Positions 31,002-40,386 of a stretch of DNA of 64,000 nucleotides are shown piece by piece. Numbering within the stretch: the stretch's first letter is position 1; every line of letters starts with the position of its first letter. The notes under the pieces are model-generated. The model was given only the letters and a program-made list of their open reading frames with translations. It was not told where the DNA came from and made no database searches. A program made the translations under genes and the position numbers. The stretch comes from Nitrospirota bacterium (lineage in GTDB: Bacteria > Nitrospirota > Thermodesulfovibrionia > Thermodesulfovibrionales > Dissulfurispiraceae): NCBI GenBank assembly GCA_963710375.1, contig CAVPZX010000003.1, positions 192,001 to 256,000 on the forward strand. Direction: 5' to 3'.

Positions 31002-31301
31002 AGTGGATTTATACAAGTCTCATGCCAGCTTTGTTGTGACTCGGTGTTTCCTTAATTTTTCAAAGCAGAACATGAGAGCAAACGGATTTAGCCATGCCAG
31101 CCCATGGCGATCTTCATGCTATATACTGCACTAAGTTGCAGTATAAGCAAATATCTGCACGCATTAAATTGCAGGACTGACTTTTACTTGTTTGCACATT
31201 AACAAAAGATTTGTAATCAGTATAGCACACAATATCGTCGGTTAGAAAAATATAAGGTACAGTTATTGCACACCTCTATAGAGCCAGACTGTTTGAAAGG
31301 G
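31002..31301 (-). promoter_or_regulatory. Sigma54-type promoter region, duplicated copy A
   Basis: Minus strand TGGCATGAGACTTGTA (31027-31012); palindrome TATACTGCA-N6-TGCAGTATA (31122-31145); colinear with 37434-37734. Confidence 0.75.
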
Positions 31302-31370
31302 CATAAGGATCGAGAAGCCTTTTGATACACCAGCTGGTACAAATAGCATTTTCTACCCTACACCCTTCCT

Positions 31371-32360
31371 TTATTTGCCGTTTTGGGTATACAAAAAGGC
31401 AAGAAGGCTATCGGCGGCTGCAGTCGGCGAAGTCTTTTTTTCTTCCACGTTTCTTCTTAACATTGGTAATGCCTCGCGGACATGGGGGCTGGTGTAGAAC
31501 CAGTGTCGTAATCCTTCATCAATAAGAAAGGCCATCCAGTCGAGGGCTTGGGTTTTTCTTTTTTCCGCCATTTCGCCGCTGACAGTCAATTTGTCGCGAT
31601 GGTCCAGGATAGTCTCCCAGATTTTGTCAATTCCTTTGCCTTCCGCGGCGCTGCAGGTAAGAACTGGGGGACTCCAATTCGGGCTGTGGGCCATGAGCAT
31701 GTGCAAAGCCGTCTGATACTCCCTCTGAGCTATCTCAGCCCGCAACAGATTGTCGCCGTCGGCTTTATTGATGACAATGGCGTCAGCCACTTCAAGCACG
31801 CCCTTTTTTATTACTTGAAGTTCGTCTCCCGCTCCGGCAATCATCAGCACCAGAAAAAAATCGACCATGGAGGCGACGGTGGTCTCCGATTGACCGACGC
31901 CAACCGTTTCGATTATCACAACATCATAGCCAGCGGCTTCGCAGACGAGCATGGTTTCTCGGGTTTTTCTGCCGACACCGCCGAGAGTTCCACTTGTTGG
32001 GGACGGGCGAATAAAGGCGTTTGGGTCAACCGCCAGTCGTTCCATGCGAGTTTTGTCACCCAGAATACTGCCGCCGCTGCGGCTGCTGCTCGGGTCGATG
32101 GCAAGGACGGCAACCCGGTGTCCAAGATCTGTGAGCATCGTCCCAAACCTTTCGATAAATGTACTCTTTCCCGCACCGGGAACGCCGGTTATGCCAACGC
32201 GAATGCCGCGGCCAGTATAAGGAAGGAGTCTGTCAACTATGGTTTGGGCAAGTTCTTGATGGGTCGGAAGAGTGCTTTCGATAAGGGTGATGGTTCTGGC
32301 GAGTGTCAGACGATCACGATTAAGAACTCCTGTCACATAGTGCTGGAGATCATTTAACAT
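31371..32360 (-). CDS. meaB: Methylmalonyl-CoA mutase-associated GTPase
   Basis: GVPGAGKST, IDPSS, GGSILGDKTRM, ETVGVGQSE, NKAD. Confidence 0.95.
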   Translation of the reverse strand: MLNDLQHYVTGVLNRDRLTLARTITLIESTLPTHQELAQTIVDRLLPYTGRGIRVGITGVPGAGKSTFIERFGTMLTDLGHRVAVLAIDPSSSRSGGSILGDKTRMERLAVDPNAFIRPSPTSGTLGGVGRKTRETMLVCEAAGYDVVIIETVGVGQSETTVASMVDFFLVLMIAGAGDELQVIKKGVLEVADAIVINKADGDNLLRAEIAQREYQTALHMLMAHSPNWSPPVLTCSAAEGKGIDKIWETILDHRDKLTVSGEMAEKRKTQALDWMAFLIDEGLRHWFYTSPHVREALPMLRRNVEEKKTSPTAAADSLLAFLYTQNGK

Positions 32361-32510
32361 TGAACATGAATCCTGGTTGGTAAACCATTGTCTTCTATTC
32401 TAATGGGCTTCTCGCAAAAAAGCCACAGAAAGAAAGGAGCGGGGTAAAAGGGGCGGCAAAATAAAAAATATTTTGGCCAGTTTTAAATCTGGCTGGTCCT
32501 CCCGCGAGTG

Positions 32511-32561
32511 AAAACCCATGGCAGACTTTGCGGCAAGAAAGGCCGCCAAGTCTGCCATGGG
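32511..32561 (-). terminator. Long hairpin / terminator after the mutase gene
   Basis: cccatggcagactt...aagtctgccatggg stem followed by TTTT on the minus strand. Confidence 0.65.
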
Positions 32562-32572
32562 AAGTACAGATT

Positions 32573-34714
32573 TCATTGAAGATATTTTTCTTCTAGTAAG
32601 GCAAGAGTTTTATCGGCAGATTCGGGGATCGGAGTACCTGGCCCAAAAATAGCCTTTACTCCGGCTTTATAGAGGAAATCATAATCCCCGGGAGGGATAA
32701 CACCCCCGGCAACAACGAGAATTTCGCCACCGCCGATTTTTTTCAGTTCTTTAATCAGGGCAGGAATGAGCGTCTTGTGCCCGGCCGCAAGACTTGAGGC
32801 GCCAACGACATGGACGTCGTTTTCAATAGCCATTTTCGCCGCCTCCTCAGGGGTCTGGAACATCGGGCTGATGTCAACATCGAAGCCGAGGTCGGCATAG
32901 GAGCAGGCAACAACCTTGAAGCCGCGATCATGACCGTCCTGACCCATCTTGGTAACCAGGAGTCGTGGGCGTCGGCCCTGTTTTTCAAGGAACACATTTG
33001 TTCGTTGTTTTATCGCCGTGATAGCATTGTTGTCACCTGTGTATTCCGACGAGTAGGCGCCGGAGATACAATGGGTCGTGGCAAGGAAGCGGCCAAACAC
33101 CGATTCCATGGCAGCAGAAATTTCACCCACAGTGGCTCTTGCCCGAACCGCAGGTAGTGCTGCCTCCAACAAGTTGCCGCCGTTTTTCGCGGCCTTGGTC
33201 AGATCTGCCAGGGCTCTTTCGACTGCCACCTTGTCGCGGCTGGCCTTGATTTCTTTGATGCGGGCAATCTGTTCATCGCGAACTGTAGCCGGTACTTCCC
33301 GGACTTCGAAATCAATTTTCTCGTTGGCAAGCTTGTATTTGTTGACACCGACTATCACATCAAGGCCTTGATCGATTCGAGCCTGTTTTCTTGTCGCCGA
33401 TTCCTCGATACGCATTTTTGGCATACCGCTTTCGATGGCCTTGGCCATTCCACCTAGTTCTTCGATTTCATCGATTATTTTTTGAGATTCTTTGATGATG
33501 CTGTTGGTCAGTGATTCGAGATAGTATGAACCGCCCAAGGGATCAATGACATGACAGATCTGCGATTCTTCCTGGATGATGATCTGGGTGTTGCGGGCAA
33601 TACGGGCGGAGAAATCAGTTGGCAGACCGATAGCTTCATCAAAGGAATTGGTATGCAGGGACTGGGTGCCGCCAAGGGCAGCGGTCATGGCTTCGAGAGT
33701 GGTACGAATGATGTTGTTGTGAGGGTCCTGCTCGGTGAGACTCCACCCCGACGTCTGGCAGTGGGTACGGAGCATGGAGGATTTGGCATTTTTTGGGTTA
33801 AACTGGCTCATTAACCGATACCAGAGGAATCTGGCTGCTCGCAGCATGGCAATATCCATGAAGAAATTCATGCCGATGCCGAAAAAGAAAGAAAGCCTTG
33901 GGGCAAAGGTGTCAACATCCATACCGCTCTTCAATGCCGCTTTCACATATTCGACACCATCAGCTAAGGTAAAGGCTGTCTGCAGAACGCTATTGGCGCC
34001 TGCTTCCATCATATGGTAGCCGCTGATGCTGATGGTATTGTATTTGGGCATCTCCTTGGAACAATAGGCCATGATATCGGAGATAATACGCATTGATGGG
34101 GTGGGAGGGTAGATGTAGGTGTTTCGGGTAAGATACTCTTTGAGGATGTCGTTCTGTATAGTGCCTTCCAGTTTGTCGTGGGCAACACCCTGTTCTTCGG
34201 CGGCCACAATGTACCCGGCGAGTATCGGAATAACCGCACCATTCATGGTCATCGATACCGACATCTGGTCAAGAGGAATGCCGTTGAAAAGAATTTTCAT
34301 ATCTTCAACGGAATCTATGGCAACACCCGCCTTGCCGATATCGCCGGCAACCCGTGGATGGTCGGAATCATAACCCCTGTGGGTAGCCAAATCGAAGGCG
34401 ACCGACAGACCTTTTTGCCCGGCGGCCAGAGCCTTATGGTAAAAGGCATTCGATTCTTTGGCGGTTGAGAAACCGGCATACTGACGAATGGTCCACGGTC
34501 GCCCGGTATACATGGTGGCCATGGGGCCTCGGACATACGGAGCCATCCCGGGGAGGGTGTTAGCTGATTCCATGCCATCCAGATCTTCGGCGGTATAAAG
34601 AGGTTTGACTTTAATACCTTCCGGGGTCATCCAGGAAAGTGTCTCTACGGATTTGCCCTTCATCTGCTTTTCAGCAATTTCTGTCCATTTTGGTAGTTGT
34701 GGATGTTGTGCCAT
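32573..34714 (-). CDS. scpA: Methylmalonyl-CoA mutase (AdoCbl-dependent, fused form)
   Basis: [39 protein letters not shown]. Confidence 0.96.
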   Translation of the reverse strand: MAQHPQLPKWTEIAEKQMKGKSVETLSWMTPEGIKVKPLYTAEDLDGMESANTLPGMAPYVRGPMATMYTGRPWTIRQYAGFSTAKESNAFYHKALAAGQKGLSVAFDLATHRGYDSDHPRVAGDIGKAGVAIDSVEDMKILFNGIPLDQMSVSMTMNGAVIPILAGYIVAAEEQGVAHDKLEGTIQNDILKEYLTRNTYIYPPTPSMRIISDIMAYCSKEMPKYNTISISGYHMMEAGANSVLQTAFTLADGVEYVKAALKSGMDVDTFAPRLSFFFGIGMNFFMDIAMLRAARFLWYRLMSQFNPKNAKSSMLRTHCQTSGWSLTEQDPHNNIIRTTLEAMTAALGGTQSLHTNSFDEAIGLPTDFSARIARNTQIIIQEESQICHVIDPLGGSYYLESLTNSIIKESQKIIDEIEELGGMAKAIESGMPKMRIEESATRKQARIDQGLDVIVGVNKYKLANEKIDFEVREVPATVRDEQIARIKEIKASRDKVAVERALADLTKAAKNGGNLLEAALPAVRARATVGEISAAMESVFGRFLATTHCISGAYSSEYTGDNNAITAIKQRTNVFLEKQGRRPRLLVTKMGQDGHDRGFKVVACSYADLGFDVDISPMFQTPEEAAKMAIENDVHVVGASSLAAGHKTLIPALIKELKKIGGGEILVVAGGVIPPGDYDFLYKAGVKAIFGPGTPIPESADKTLALLEEKYLQ

Positions 34715-34774
34715 TTGTTGCTCCTTGTCTAAAGGTATTTCATGCCCGTGAAGCGGATGAGTGCAGAGGGTGTG

Positions 34775-35176
34775 TCAACGCTCACAGAGTTCAACCAGGA
34801 CACCTCCGGTGGCTTTGGGGTGCAGGAAGGCAATCTTGGCGCCACCCGCCCCAATTCGCGGTTGCTGGTCGATGAGTTGAATACCTTTTTCCTTAAGTTC
34901 TTTTAAGGCCTCTTCGATATTTGCTACTCGAAAAGCGATATGCTGAAACCCAGTGCCTTTCTTTTCGATGAATTTTGCCACCGGCCCATCAGGTGAGGTT
35001 GACTCAAGAAGTTCCACTTCACTGTCACCGACTGGAAAAAACGCTGTGGTCACTTTTTGGGTTTCTACCGTTTCAGAGCCTTCTAACCTCAGTCCGAGAA
35101 CGTCGGACCAAAAAATTTTTCCGTCATCAATGCTGTTGACGGCTATTCCCAGATGGTCGATCTTGAGTATTTCCAT
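34775..35176 (-). CDS. mce: Methylmalonyl-CoA epimerase
   Basis: IDHLGIAV, VELLE, HIAFRV, AFLHPK..GGVLVEL. Confidence 0.95.
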   Translation of the reverse strand: MEILKIDHLGIAVNSIDDGKIFWSDVLGLRLEGSETVETQKVTTAFFPVGDSEVELLESTSPDGPVAKFIEKKGTGFQHIAFRVANIEEALKELKEKGIQLIDQQPRIGAGGAKIAFLHPKATGGVLVELCER

Positions 35177-35187
35177 TGTATGCCTCC

Positions 35188-35310
35188 ACGGTCTCGTAAA
35201 AAGTCCATATGCTGCGTTGCTCTTCGCCCTTAGTCACTGCGGCGTACCCACAAGTACGTCTCATTCCTGCGGTCTCGTGCTCCTTGCCTATGAACTTTTT
35301 ACGAGACCGT
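35188..35310. mobile_element. MITE/REP-like palindromic element D
   Basis: Perfect 17-bp inverted repeat acggtctcgtaaaaagt / actttttacgagaccgt enclosing a self-complementary interior. Confidence 0.7.
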
Positions 35311-35324
35311 TATATTTCCTAATA

Positions 35325-36194
35325 TCAAAAAACGCCAGCACAGAAATCGCCGAACCTGCCGAGATTATCACATACATGAATTCCCGCTTCCTTCATGACC
35401 GCAATCTTTGACTGGGCAGTACCGCTCTTGCCGCTCACTATCGCCCCCGCGTGTCCCATGCGTCTGCCCGGGGGAGCGCTTAATCCCGCAACAAACCCGA
35501 CTACGGGCTTACTGACTTTTTCGGTGATATAGGCAGCAGCCTCTTCCTCTGCAGTGCCGCCGATTTCACCCACAAGTACGATCCCCTTTGTCTCCGGATC
35601 TTCTTCAAAGGCCTTGAGGCAATCGATAAAGTTTGTTCCGTTTACCGGGTCCCCTCCGATGCCGAGGCAGGTTGTCTGGCCGATTCCTTTCGTAGTCAAT
35701 TGATGCACAACCTCATAGGTCAAGGTGCCTGAGCGCGACACAACACCGATGGGCCCGCCGGGCTTGTGGATGAAGCCGGGCATGATACCGATCTTGCACT
35801 GACCTGGCGTTATGATCCCGGGACAGTTCGGCCCTATAAGTCTGACTTGTTTCCCATTCAGATAATTCTTGATCCGCATCATGTCGAGCACCGGAATGCC
35901 TTCGGTGATGGCGACAATAATATCGACATCACCGTCGATCGCCTCCATGATGGCCTTTGCCGCAAAGGCCGGAGGCACAAAAATCATGCTGCAGTTCGCA
36001 CCGGTTTCACGCACAGCCTCCTTGACAGAATTAAATACCGGCACATCGTCCATGTTCTGTCCGCCTTTCCCGGGGGTCACGCCGGCCACGACCCGCGTAC
36101 CGTATTCAATACACTGCCGTGTATGGAACTGGCCTTCTCTGCCGGTAATCCCCTGGACAAGCAGTCTTGTTTCCTTATCGACAAATATTGCCAT
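35325..36194 (-). CDS. sucD: Succinyl-CoA synthetase alpha subunit
   Basis: [34 protein letters not shown]. Confidence 0.96.
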   Translation of the reverse strand: MAIFVDKETRLLVQGITGREGQFHTRQCIEYGTRVVAGVTPGKGGQNMDDVPVFNSVKEAVRETGANCSMIFVPPAFAAKAIMEAIDGDVDIIVAITEGIPVLDMMRIKNYLNGKQVRLIGPNCPGIITPGQCKIGIMPGFIHKPGGPIGVVSRSGTLTYEVVHQLTTKGIGQTTCLGIGGDPVNGTNFIDCLKAFEEDPETKGIVLVGEIGGTAEEEAAAYITEKVSKPVVGFVAGLSAPPGRRMGHAGAIVSGKSGTAQSKIAVMKEAGIHVCDNLGRFGDFCAGVF

Positions 36195-36227
36195 GATTTT
36201 CTATCCCTCTTTCCAAAAAAATATCAT

Positions 36228-37391
36228 TCAATTCCTGGCGATCTCTGCAATTTTTCCGGCTGCATCGTTCAGGTCCTCTGCTGTAATAAGATTCAGACCT
36301 GAGACCGCAAGAATTTCCCTGCCCTTTTCCACATTGGTACCCTGCAGCCGGATCACAACCGGTACCTTTATTCCCGTTTTCCTGGCTGCCTGGACAACCC
36401 CTTCGGCCAGGACATCACACCGGAGAATCCCGCCGAAAATATTGATCAGAACCGCCTTGACATTGCTATCGCTTAAAATGATGCGGAAACCGTTTTCAAC
36501 CATTTCCGCATTGGCCCCACCGCCCACGTCAAGGAAATTCGCAGGCGCCGCGCCGGCGCTCTTGATGAGATCCATGGTTGCCATGGCGAGTCCCGCGCCA
36601 TTAACCATATTGCCGACATTGCCATTTAGGTTGATGTAATTAAGGTTGTATTTCGAGGCCTCCACTTCCAGGGGGTCCTCTTCGTCAATGTCCCTGAACT
36701 TCAGAATATCCTTTTGCCGGAACAGGGCGTTATCATCGATCTCCACTTTTGCATCCAAAGCAACAAATGTCTCCTGAGCAGTAATCACCAGCGGATTGAT
36801 CTCGAGCAGTGAACAGTCAGCTTCGATAAAAAGTCTGTACAGGTTTTCAACCAGCGTGGAAAACTTTTCGGCAAGCGAATCGGGCAGGTTGAGACCGGCT
36901 CCGATTTCTCTACAATGACCAGGCTCGATTCCAGTGAGAGGATTAATCAACACCTTAATTATCTTTTCAGGGGACTTCGCGGCAACCTCTTCGATATCCA
37001 TTCCACCTGCCCGGCTTGCAATGATCATGATCTTTGCCGTGGACCGGTCCGGGATAATCGAAAAATAAAGCTCCTGAGCAATATCAAGCCCTTGCTCCAC
37101 CAGGACTTTTCGGACCTTCCTTCCCTGCGGTCCTGTCTGGGGAGTCACCAGTGGCCTGCCCAATATGGCAGCTGCCGCGCTTTGCACATCCCCAAGATTC
37201 CGGGCAAGTTTAACGCCGCCTCCCTTGCCTCGGCCACCCGCATGAATTTGTGCCTTGACTACAACGGGAAAACCGCCAAGCCTTCCAGCCATAGCACAGG
37301 CATCATCAGGGCTTGCTGCAACATACCCCTCAGGCACAGGAATATAATGATTCCGAAATAATTCCTTGGCTTGATATTCATGTATCTTCAT
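36228..37391 (-). CDS. sucC: Succinyl-CoA synthetase beta subunit
   Basis: MKIHEYQAK, KAQIHAGGRGKGGG, NGAGLAMATMD, NFLDVGG, NIFGGI. Confidence 0.96.
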   Translation of the reverse strand: MKIHEYQAKELFRNHYIPVPEGYVAASPDDACAMAGRLGGFPVVVKAQIHAGGRGKGGGVKLARNLGDVQSAAAAILGRPLVTPQTGPQGRKVRKVLVEQGLDIAQELYFSIIPDRSTAKIMIIASRAGGMDIEEVAAKSPEKIIKVLINPLTGIEPGHCREIGAGLNLPDSLAEKFSTLVENLYRLFIEADCSLLEINPLVITAQETFVALDAKVEIDDNALFRQKDILKFRDIDEEDPLEVEASKYNLNYINLNGNVGNMVNGAGLAMATMDLIKSAGAAPANFLDVGGGANAEMVENGFRIILSDSNVKAVLINIFGGILRCDVLAEGVVQAARKTGIKVPVVIRLQGTNVEKGREILAVSGLNLITAEDLNDAAGKIAEIARN

Positions 37392-37433
37392 TAACCCGCC
37401 TTCTTATCCAAAAATTCCGTTGACCTGGATACG

Positions 37434-37734
37434 AGTGGATTTATACAAGTCTCATGCCAGTTTTGCCGTGAGTTAGTGTTTCCTTAATTTTTCAAAGCTG
37501 GAGCATGAGCGCAAACGGGTTTAGCCATACCAGCCCATAGCGATATTCATGTCGTAAAATGCATTAAATTGCAGTATACGCAAATATATGCACGCATTAA
37601 ATTGCATGATTGGCTTTTACTTGTTTGCATATTAACAAAAGATTTATAATTCAGTATAGCACACAATATCATCGCTTATAAAATATAAGGTACATTTTTT
37701 GCACACCTTTATAGAGCCAGACTGTTTGAAAGGG
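37434..37734 (-). promoter_or_regulatory. Sigma54-type promoter region, duplicated copy B
   Basis: Minus strand TGGCATGAGACTTGTA (37459-37444); TGCA-N6-TGCA at 37560-37573. Confidence 0.75.
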
Positions 37735-37854
37735 GATAGCGAGCATGAAATCAATGGCAAGAATTCATTAATAACAATCTGCCAATTATAGTTGATGCTG
37801 AGCTTTTTGCCCGATTTAGGGTAATATATATTTATACAAGGACAAACGCCTGCT

Positions 37855-39603
37855 ATGAATACTATCACCAAAGAAGAGATTGAGATCATCCTAGACTCAA
37901 CCCATGACGGAATGATAGCCGTAAACGAGGCTGGTATTGTGACAGTCTTCAATAAGGCTGCGGGGCGGATTACCGGTCTGGACGGGAATCAGATAACCGG
38001 ACGCCCAGCTGTAGAGGTGATTCCGAATACTCGTCTGCATATTATTTTATCTGAAGGAGAGCCTGAGCTAAATCAGCAGCAAATTCTGGGGAAAACAGTA
38101 ATCAGTACAAACAGGGTGCCTGTCAGGAATAAGGATGGGCGGATAATAGGGGCTGTTGCGGTTTTCCGCGACATTACAGAGATTACGACGCTTTCCGAGC
38201 AGGTTTCAGACCTCTGGAAAGTGCGCAGCCTGCTCGAAGCAATCATCGAGGCTACCGAGGATGCCATCTCCGTGGCTGACGACAAAGGCAATACTATCAT
38301 CGTAAATTCCGCCTATACCAGAATCACCGGCTTGTCTAAAGAAGCGGTGCTGCATAAGTCTGTGACGGTCGATATTGCAGATGGTGAAAGCATGCACATG
38401 AAGGTGCTCCAGTCCGGCAAGGCTGTTCATAATGTCCGCATGAAGGTGGGGCCGGCCGGAAAAGAAGTTATCGTGAATGTCGCCCCGATTTTTATCGACG
38501 GGAAAATCAGCGGCAGCGTCGGTGTGTTCCAGGACATCTCCGGGATAATATCACTTACCGAAGAACTATCTCAGGCCAAAAAGTTGCTACGTCACCTGAA
38601 AGCGCGGTATACATGCCTGGACATTATCGGGAATAGTCCTGCAATGATACGGGCCAAGGAACAAGCCCGTATGGCTGCCGAGACCCCTGCCACTGTTATA
38701 TTGCGAGGCGACAGCGGAACCGGGAAAGAGCTTTTCGCTCACGCTATCCATAATGCGAGTTCAAGAAGGAAGGGACAGTTTGTGAGGGTCAACTGTGCTG
38801 CCTTGACCGAGAATCTTCTGGAAAGCGAATTGTTCGGCTATGAGGAAGGCGCTTTTACCGGAGCGCTGAAGGGAGGGAAAAAAGGCCTGTTTGAAGAGGC
38901 CAACGGAGGAACGATATTTCTTGATGAAATTGGAGATATAAGCCTGTCCCTTCAGAGTAAACTCCTGAGGGTCCTTCAGGAAAAGGAGATAGTGCGCGTG
39001 GGCGGGACAAGTCCGTTTACCGTGGATGTGAGAGTCATCACTGCCACCAATGCGAATCTCGAAAAGAAGGTAGCGTCCGGGACCTTCAGGGAGGATCTCT
39101 ACTACCGTCTTAATGTCTTCCCTATCCAGATACCCGCCCTAAGAGAGCACAAGGAAGATATCAAACCCCTGGCGGAGAATATTATTTACAAACTCAATCA
39201 GGGGTTCGGACGCGAAGTACAGAAGATATCGGAAAGCGCTGTTGAGGATCTTTTGGATTATGACTGGCCCGGGAATGTGAGGGAGCTCGAAAATGTCCTT
39301 GGAAGGGCGATGATCACCATGCGTCCCCAGGACACGATAATGGAACGCGAATACCTGCCCCTCCTGCCCGGCGCCAAGATAAGCAGTGCGCCTCTTCCTT
39401 CAACCGGGGTCCAGCCCCTAGAAAAAGTTCTGAGCGAAGCAGAACGGCATGCAGTTGTGCGGGCGCTTAAGGAAACAAATGGCAACAGGACAAAAGCGGC
39501 AAATCTCCTGGGAATCTCTCCGAGGAGCCTGTTTTATAAGATAGAGAAACACGGCTTGAAATCTAATGGCGCCGAGAATATCCCCGCAATTAAGACAGTG
39601 TAA
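37855..39603 (+). CDS. PAS-PAS sigma54-dependent activator (PrpR/RocR/BkdR-like)
   Basis: Two PAS domains, GDSGTGKE, GAFTGA, FLDEIG, WPGNVREL, Fis-type HTH. Confidence 0.92.
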   Translation: MNTITKEEIEIILDSTHDGMIAVNEAGIVTVFNKAAGRITGLDGNQITGRPAVEVIPNTRLHIILSEGEPELNQQQILGKTVISTNRVPVRNKDGRIIGAVAVFRDITEITTLSEQVSDLWKVRSLLEAIIEATEDAISVADDKGNTIIVNSAYTRITGLSKEAVLHKSVTVDIADGESMHMKVLQSGKAVHNVRMKVGPAGKEVIVNVAPIFIDGKISGSVGVFQDISGIISLTEELSQAKKLLRHLKARYTCLDIIGNSPAMIRAKEQARMAAETPATVILRGDSGTGKELFAHAIHNASSRRKGQFVRVNCAALTENLLESELFGYEEGAFTGALKGGKKGLFEEANGGTIFLDEIGDISLSLQSKLLRVLQEKEIVRVGGTSPFTVDVRVITATNANLEKKVASGTFREDLYYRLNVFPIQIPALREHKEDIKPLAENIIYKLNQGFGREVQKISESAVEDLLDYDWPGNVRELENVLGRAMITMRPQDTIMEREYLPLLPGAKISSAPLPSTGVQPLEKVLSEAERHAVVRALKETNGNRTKAANLLGISPRSLFYKIEKHGLKSNGAENIPAIKTV

Positions 39604-39793
39604 TGAAGGATGTGTCTCTTACGCTCAGGCGTTACGTCCTGACAGTTCTAACGTCTTGTTCGCTACAGCCGCAAAACTCGCCCTTCGGGCTCAGACATTG
39701 CAACTGTTAGACGCTCACTTCGCCGAGAACTGTTACCAGGACTCCGCGATTCGCTTCAGAGACACATCCTTCATTACACCGTCTTAATTGCGG
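39584..39793 (+). mobile_element. MITE-like element family A copy 2, with 10-bp target site duplication
   Basis: Near-identical to 7507-7717; GAGAATATCC on both sides (39574-39583, 39794-39803). Confidence 0.85.
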
Positions 39794-39893
39794 GAGAATA
39801 TCCCTGAAGTTTTGAAAAGAGAGTATTAATCTGTTATAATTTCCATTCAAATACGCAATAGCTTTAAGTTATCACGGCGGTCCTGAAAAATAA

Positions 39894-40385
39894 GTGGTCC
39901 ATACCATATATGGTTCAACAGGCGAATACCTCGTGGGTGTTATTTCGGATACCCACGGACTTGTGCGGCCGGAGGCTGTTACGGCGTTGCAGGGTGTTTC
40001 TCTGATAATTCATGCCGGCGATGTCGGGACTCGGGAGGTGCTGGAGCATTTGCGCATTGTTGCCCCTGTTGTTGCAGTGCGCGGCAATACTGACCAGGAC
40101 TACTGGGCCCGTGAACTGCCGCTGACTGAAGTGGTGGAGATAGGGATGGTCTCTTTTTATGTGCTTCACAATGTCAAAGAGCTTGATCTGGACCCTGTGG
40201 TATCAGGGTTTAGCGCTGTTATCTCGGGTCATTCACACCAGCCTTCGGTTGACAGGCGTAATGGCGTATTATTTCTTAATCCAGGCAGCGCCGGCACCCG
40301 GAGGTTAAAGCTCCACCCCTCCGTTGCAGTGTTGACGGTTAAAGAGAGATCGATAGATGCCAGGATAATCGGTCTGGGAGTTTAA
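39894..40385 (+). CDS. YfcE/MJ0936-family metallophosphoesterase
   Basis: SDTHG, HAGD, RGNTD, GHSH, NPGS. Confidence 0.88.
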   Translation: MVHTIYGSTGEYLVGVISDTHGLVRPEAVTALQGVSLIIHAGDVGTREVLEHLRIVAPVVAVRGNTDQDYWARELPLTEVVEIGMVSFYVLHNVKELDLDPVVSGFSAVISGHSHQPSVDRRNGVLFLNPGSAGTRRLKLHPSVAVLTVKERSIDARIIGLGV

Positions 40386-40386
40386 C

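Noticed and set aside
24457..36639. Long plus-strand ORFs (24457..25392, 31548..32357, 35869..36639)
   Set aside because: Antisense shadows of acnA, meaB and sucCD with no recognisable motifs.
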